Origin: a candidate division WOR-3 bacterium
GTDB lineage: Bacteria > Hydrothermota > Tepidihabitantia > SM23-42
Length of the DNA: 32,445 nucleotides
Assembly: GCA_020343455.1 (NCBI GenBank)
Contig: CP070795.1
Coordinates: forward strand, 1,402,900-1,435,344
Reading direction: 5' to 3'
Shown here: positions 28,256-32,445 of the stretch, one piece after another
Layout: every line of letters starts with the position of its first letter
How positions within the stretch are numbered: position 1 is the first letter of the stretch
Notes under the pieces: generated by a model
Databases searched by the model: none
What the model saw: only the letters and a program-made list of their open reading frames with translations
Told to the model about the DNA's origin: nothing
Program-made: the position numbers and the translations under genes

Positions 28256-28279
28256 GGGGTCAAATCTCTACTTTGAACA
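28253..28279 (+). repeat. left inverted repeat (27 bp, perfect)
   Basis: CATGGGGTCAAATCTCTACTTTGAACA is the exact reverse complement of 29295-29321. Confidence 0.95.
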
Positions 28280-29318
28280 CAATTCGCTTATCATCTCATC
28301 AATATCCTGGAACTTATCTCTCAGTTGTTTGTCCGCGTTCATACGTAACTTCAGCCGGCGCCTGAGTTGATGAACACCACCATAATCGATACCGCCCACA
28401 TATCGCCCGATAGAGGCCTCGGTCATACCACAATAGCGGTGAAGAAACTCGGCGAGCAACCCCCGATGAGTCCCACCACCACCCCGTTTCACCATATTCT
28501 CCCGCGAAACACCGCAGGCTCTGCTAACACACGATAGAATCTCGTCCGGTGGCAGATACTCGGTTTGCATACCGCGATATGCAGGCTGATCACGTGATGA
28601 CCCTTTCTCGAGATATTCCGTCTTCACATACGCCACAAAATCATCGTCACCCAAAATTGTTTGGTGTCTGACATCCTGAAACAGATCACCAATACCATCA
28701 CTTATTCCGGCAGTGATGAAGCGCCTGTAACTTGCCCGACCTCCGATTGTCCCCAGAATCAGATCATACGAGACCAATTCGTTAACCTTCTGCTTGTCCA
28801 AATACCCGTGCAGACTGCTCCACAAATACTTCTGTAAGTACGCAAACCGGTCGTGGAAATTTGCGTCCTTGAATTTACTTCCGCCGATCGGATTCAGATG
28901 GACGTACCTTGACAATTCCAATAGATAGCTATCGGCATCGACCAAACAGGACTTATAACGCCCTTGGTATAGATGACCACAAGTACCGTAACGATAATGG
29001 AACCATCCCGTGTAGCATATGTTGAATCGCCGCATGAACTCACTTAGGTTACCCCTTTTCGTTTGCACAACGAGATGAAAGTGACTGCTCATCATTGCGT
29101 AAGCGTAGAGAACCACCTTGTATATCCTCATCGATTCACCCAGCAACGTCAAGAAATGGTGGCGATCGCCATCATCAACAAAGATGTTTCTGCGTGCGTT
29201 ACCACGGCACATGATGTGGTAATAGGCCCCCGGATATTGAATTCTCAAAGGTCTTGCCATCGCGATCTACGCCCCGGTCATCCATGGGTGTTGATGTTCA
29301 AAGTAGAGATTTGACCCC
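28256..29318 (-). mobile_element. about 1.06-kb IS-like element: RAYT/Y1 transposase gene bounded by inverted repeats
   Basis: The ends are GGGGTC...GACCCC with a 24-bp perfect core repeat, and AT flanks both sides. A single transposase ORF fills the element. Confidence 0.75.
28268..29260 (-). CDS. REP-associated-type tyrosine (HUH/Y1) transposase with C-terminal DnaA_C-like HTH
   Basis: Motifs MARPLRIQYPGAYYHIMCRGN, HUH in MSSHFHL, GHLYQGRYKS, catalytic Tyr in SRYVHLNP, YLWSS, ILGDDDF. The C-terminal helical HTH reads GMTEASIGRYVGG.DYGGV. Confidence 0.92.
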   Translation of the reverse strand: MARPLRIQYPGAYYHIMCRGNARRNIFVDDGDRHHFLTLLGESMRIYKVVLYAYAMMSSHFHLVVQTKRGNLSEFMRRFNICYTGWFHYRYGTCGHLYQGRYKSCLVDADSYLLELSRYVHLNPIGGSKFKDANFHDRFAYLQKYLWSSLHGYLDKQKVNELVSYDLILGTIGGRASYRRFITAGISDGIGDLFQDVRHQTILGDDDFVAYVKTEYLEKGSSRDQPAYRGMQTEYLPPDEILSCVSRACGVSRENMVKRGGGGTHRGLLAEFLHRYCGMTEASIGRYVGGIDYGGVHQLRRRLKLRMNADKQLRDKFQDIDEMISELCSK

Positions 29319-29321
29319 ATG
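29295..29321 (-). repeat. right inverted repeat (27 bp, perfect)
   Basis: The plus strand reads TGTTCAAAGTAGAGATTTGACCCCATG. Confidence 0.95.
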
Positions 29322-29324
29322 ATG

Positions 29325-30005
29325 TTACATAGCCAGAATCCGCTGCAGCAGCATACGGCGACGCGTGGCAATCTTATTCTTTGCCCGGTAACGGCCCAGA
29401 AGGCGCTCGCACCGCGGCGCTACATAGTGCAATTCATCGAGCGCCTGTTTACCATCGATCTCACTGAGCGCCAGCAATGTATAGTAAAACGGAAACCGCC
29501 TCCATTTCCCGGTGCCATCACGGTACTTCTTCAGGACTTTGAGCCCGGCACTGAGCCGCTCTCTCGACCTGTTCAACCCCCCCACCGCCAGGTGCCGCCA
29601 TAAGGCAGCCGTGCAGATACCGCAGCAATAAAAACCTCTCACTCGTGAACGTGTTTCGCAACTCGCCAACGCTTTGATCATTCCCCTGTTCGACCTTTTC
29701 AGGGCCTCGCGCGCCACTGGACTCCCATTCAAAAGAATCAAGGCACGGCTCGCTTCCTCGCCAAGGATGTGGCCTATGGCGGCACCGGACACCACCTTCT
29801 CGCCAGTGAAGAGCCTGATCCCTCTCCTGTAATCAAGGGAGGTTGGTGCGAACATGCCGCGATAAGAATCCTTCGAACCCTGCCGGCTCGAGATCCATCG
29901 AACTGCTTCAGTTCGCTCCCCTCTGGACAGCGATCTCCCCATGAAGAAGGCATCATTTAACGCATCGATGGTTGCGGAGAGGCTATTCGCGTGAATTACC
30001 TTCAT
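29325..30005 (-). CDS. hypothetical basic alpha-helical protein with CCxxC motif
   Basis: A 226-codon ORF with GGAGGT before ATG 30005. It contains GFYCCGIC and RDGTGKWRRFPFYYTLLALSE. Confidence 0.75.
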   Translation of the reverse strand: MKVIHANSLSATIDALNDAFFMGRSLSRGERTEAVRWISSRQGSKDSYRGMFAPTSLDYRRGIRLFTGEKVVSGAAIGHILGEEASRALILLNGSPVAREALKRSNRGMIKALASCETRSRVRGFYCCGICTAALWRHLAVGGLNRSRERLSAGLKVLKKYRDGTGKWRRFPFYYTLLALSEIDGKQALDELHYVAPRCERLLGRYRAKNKIATRRRMLLQRILAM

Positions 30006-30056
30006 CCTTACCTCCAATTTGTGTGATCGATGACTGGCCTTCAGTCGACCGGTACA

Positions 30057-30479
30057 CTACCCGAACAGTCTAACGAACGATTGCGGGATGTTGACGACTT
30101 TCCTTTCGTGATAGTCGAAAAACACGACGCCGGTCTTTGCATGTGCTACATCCTTGTTCGTAGCCTTGTTCGTCTCGCGGTACACGAAGTTACAACCTAC
30201 TCTGCTCACGTCTTGCACGGCAACCTGAAAAGTCAGCACATCTCCATGAAAACTCTCGGATTTGTACAGAACAACGGTGTCGACCATTATGATCCCGGCA
30301 CCGCCAATATCTCTTTCGGTAAAGCCGTGCGCTTCGAGAAACCTTATCCGCGCTTCATGTATCAATGAAAGCAGCGAATCATTGCCGAGATGGCCGCCGT
30401 AATTTATGTTTGCTATCTGCACTTGAATATCAGTTGCGAAATCGAATTTTTTAGGAAAGTCTAATTTCATTCTCGCCAT
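30057..30479 (-). CDS. hotdog-fold thioesterase (4HBT/YbgC-like)
   Basis: Motifs INYGGHLGNDSLLSLIHEARIRF, YKSESFHGD, AKTGVVFFDY. Confidence 0.88.
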   Translation of the reverse strand: MARMKLDFPKKFDFATDIQVQIANINYGGHLGNDSLLSLIHEARIRFLEAHGFTERDIGGAGIIMVDTVVLYKSESFHGDVLTFQVAVQDVSRVGCNFVYRETNKATNKDVAHAKTGVVFFDYHERKVVNIPQSFVRLFG

Positions 30480-30551
30480 GTCACACTTCTCAATGTACGT
30501 GCAAGAGCGGTTCCCGCAATTGAAGGGCAGCCCGTTCTTGCCACCAGGAGG

Positions 30552-30579
30552 ATTCTACTCACCCATCAATGTATGTCAA
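30552..30579 (-). promoter_or_regulatory. sigma70-type promoter TTGACA-N16-TAGAAT
   Basis: The plus strand shows attcta at 30552-30557 and tgtcaa at 30574-30579. Confidence 0.72.
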
Positions 30580-30604
30580 TGCTCCACCCGCCCATTGTTA
30601 TTCA

Positions 30605-32445
30605 TCATTTCACCACATTGCATAACACGGCATTCCACGGGTTAGCTTCGATCGTTTTCGGTTCCTTTGGCAAATGGAACTGCTTACCGATCGCGGCATT
30701 TCCTTTAACGGTCAAATGCACGACAGCATGCCCGTCGTCAAAATTCACCACAAACGGAACCGGCATCTCGAACGAAGGCGAAACATTGGACTGCTGAATG
30801 TAAAGCGTCAGGATGTACCCATCATCTCCTTCTTTAGTTTCGTAGTTGAATTTGTACACCGGGACATCGATACCGTATACCCACTGGTCAAAAAACCAAT
30901 CCATCTCTCTCCCGAAATGCTTTTCCACGATCCGCTTGAAGTCATCCGTCGTCACGATCTTCCCCGCATACATACGCACGTAATCTTTCATCATCCCGAT
31001 AAAACGCTGGTCGCTCTTCTTGTCGTAATCAAAAAGCATCATCCTTAACATGTGAAGAACATACGCACCCTTGGCGTACATGAGTCGCCTGCCCTCGGGA
31101 AAGTCAAGCGAACTCAAACGTAATCCCAACCAGATCGGGCCAAGATCATTGTAGGTAAGGTCTCCGTACGACCTGGACAGGATCAATCGCCTCTGTATGT
31201 TCATATAATCCTTGAATCTATCCGTTCCGTTCGTAGCCTGCAGATAGAGTGCCGAAGAGTAAGTGGCGAACCCTTCCATCAGCCATTCATCGTGATACGA
31301 ATCTCTCATCACTGTATTTCCCCACCATTGGTGCGCCAGTTCATGTGATGCCACGGTCTCATATCCGATCACCGAAGCATCACCACGAATCAACCCGAGT
31401 CTGTCTCTCACCGATTCGTCCCAGAATGCGGTAAAAGGCAGGTAGATAAGGGCCGGCCAACTCTGAGCAAACGATATATCCGGCTGCTGCGATACCCTGA
31501 TCTCACGGATAGGGATTTCACCGAAAAAATGACTGTATGTTTCGTACGCGTTCCGACTATCTATAGCCGCGTTTCTGCCGATCCGATCGGTCGTCAATTC
31601 GTGCGGTAATATCATCAGTATACTCTGCAGGTCCTTATATTCCTCAAGCAATCTCCTGACCCTCAGCAAACCGTCTGAGAGCTTCATGTTCGTATAGCAC
31701 TCGATCCTGCATTTGTCGCTCGTTTCCGTCACTGCAGAGAATTTACCGTAATTGAAACCGGCGAAGTCGTAGTCCTCTTCGCTGTCCCATCTCGTGTAGT
31801 TAACATCTCCTTCGGTCCACGAATCGACCAATTTTCCGGAAGCGAGTAATGTCATCTTCGATGACACCGCAAATGTCATGGTGAAACGGCGCGGATCAAA
31901 GGCGTTCGTATAGAAACTGGGAAACCACGACGTCCTCGCCATGACCGCGAAATTGTCTCCGCCCAGGTCTTCGACAATACCGCCGCCCGCGTATACGATC
32001 GATAACCTGTATTCTCTGTCTTTCGCTATCGTCTGCGGGAAAACGAGCCAGATCTGGCCATCGGCCTTGGCGTCTTCCTGTATTACAAAGCAGGTATCCA
32101 TGTCATCCAGAACAGCACTCTCAACACGCATCAGCGGTACCAATTCCAGGGCGGTAATTCTAACTCCTTCAACCGAGCAGATAAACTCGATATCTGCATG
32201 CACAGATATCTCATTCCGTCCATTTATGGCAATGTCCATATCCGTACTTTTGATATCGAAAGAAGGACTCTCCGCAGAAAAAGGAGGCGATGCCCGGGAT
32301 GAATACCAGTACTCGAAGTACGCACGGTTCGAGCGTCTTATCTTCTCGTAATTCAGCAGAGTCACCCCTTCATCATCGAAGGGGTCGACTATGTAGAGCA
32401 TGTCTTTACCGTCTGAACACTCTATTGCCGAGCAGAAAAATCCGC
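30605..32445 (-). CDS. M1-family (gluzincin) aminopeptidase-like protein, 5'-truncated by window edge
   Basis: HELAHQWWG-...-WLMEGFATY (HEXXH-x18-E), YAKGA and WFFDQWVYG. The frame stays open from 32401 to the window end. Confidence 0.9.
   Translation of the reverse strand, partial: GFFCSAIECSDGKDMLYIVDPFDDEGVTLLNYEKIRRSNRAYFEYWYSSRASPPFSAESPSFDIKSTDMDIAINGRNEISVHADIEFICSVEGVRITALELVPLMRVESAVLDDMDTCFVIQEDAKADGQIWLVFPQTIAKDREYRLSIVYAGGGIVEDLGGDNFAVMARTSWFPSFYTNAFDPRRFTMTFAVSSKMTLLASGKLVDSWTEGDVNYTRWDSEEDYDFAGFNYGKFSAVTETSDKCRIECYTNMKLSDGLLRVRRLLEEYKDLQSILMILPHELTTDRIGRNAAIDSRNAYETYSHFFGEIPIREIRVSQQPDISFAQSWPALIYLPFTAFWDESVRDRLGLIRGDASVIGYETVASHELAHQWWGNTVMRDSYHDEWLMEGFATYSSALYLQATNGTDRFKDYMNIQRRLILSRSYGDLTYNDLGPIWLGLRLSSLDFPEGRRLMYAKGAYVLHMLRMMLFDYDKKSDQRFIGMMKDYVRMYAGKIVTTDDFKRIVEKHFGREMDWFFDQWVYGIDVPVYKFNYETKEGDDGYILTLYIQQSNVSPSFEMPVPFVVNFDDGHAVVHLTVKGNAAIGKQFHLPKEPKTIEANPWNAVLCNVVK

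Noticed and set aside
28251-29323. Tn3-family element because the ends start GGGGTC
   Set aside because: The repeat is 24-27 bp, not about 38 bp. The flanks CCCAT and ATGAT are not a 5-bp duplication, and the enzyme is HUH/Y1, not DDE.
29311-29339. Outward hybrid promoter TTGACC-N17-CAGAAT from the right repeat
   Set aside because: The -10 lacks the first T, the spacer differs from the 16 bp seen elsewhere, and it is antisense to the neighbour. This is too weak to call.
429-32351. Numerous plus-strand and nested ORFs of 60-194 aa in the track
   Set aside because: They are shadows of well-supported minus-strand genes and have no recognisable motifs. Only 9979-10167 has independent promoter and RBS support.
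171-32445. Stop-codon recoding or selenoproteins
   Set aside because: The recognised proteins appear full-length under the standard code, and I saw no split ORFs suggesting an in-frame TGA or TAG at catalytic Cys positions.

Overview
A gene-dense bacterial window with about 36 CDS, all but one on the minus strand. The genes are mostly functionally unrelated housekeeping and accessory genes. They include the start of malQ (missed by the ORF track) and glgB, an AlkD-like repair protein, six SAM-dependent methyltransferases, mscL, two HAD hydrolases, a transglutaminase-like protein, a Cys-rich 4Fe-4S protein, and a maf/HI0933 pair. Also present are a flavodoxin, two nitroreductases, bcp, a TAXI-TRAP transporter, S9 and M1 peptidases, a PaaX-like regulator and a beta-propeller protein with a T9SS type-A/FlgD-Ig-like C-terminal domain. 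That domain suggests, by inference only, an FCB-group lineage such as WOR-3-like candidates. Three observations stand out. (1) A HUH/Y1 REP-associated-type tyrosine transposase is bracketed by a perfect 27-bp inverted repeat (core GGGGTCAAATCTCTACTTTGAACA, with a possible AT duplication). It sits exactly between a stop codon and the next start codon, and its own stop codon lies inside the repeat. (2) Seven sigma70-like promoters all have a 16-bp spacer, not the canonical 17 bp. (3) A secreted calcineurin-like phosphoesterase has all five metal-binding motifs substituted and is fused to a CBM9-like domain, in an operon with an apparently leaderless PaaX-like regulator and an S9 peptidase. No rRNA, tRNA or CRISPR array was seen. 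All family calls come from motif recognition by eye, with no database searches.
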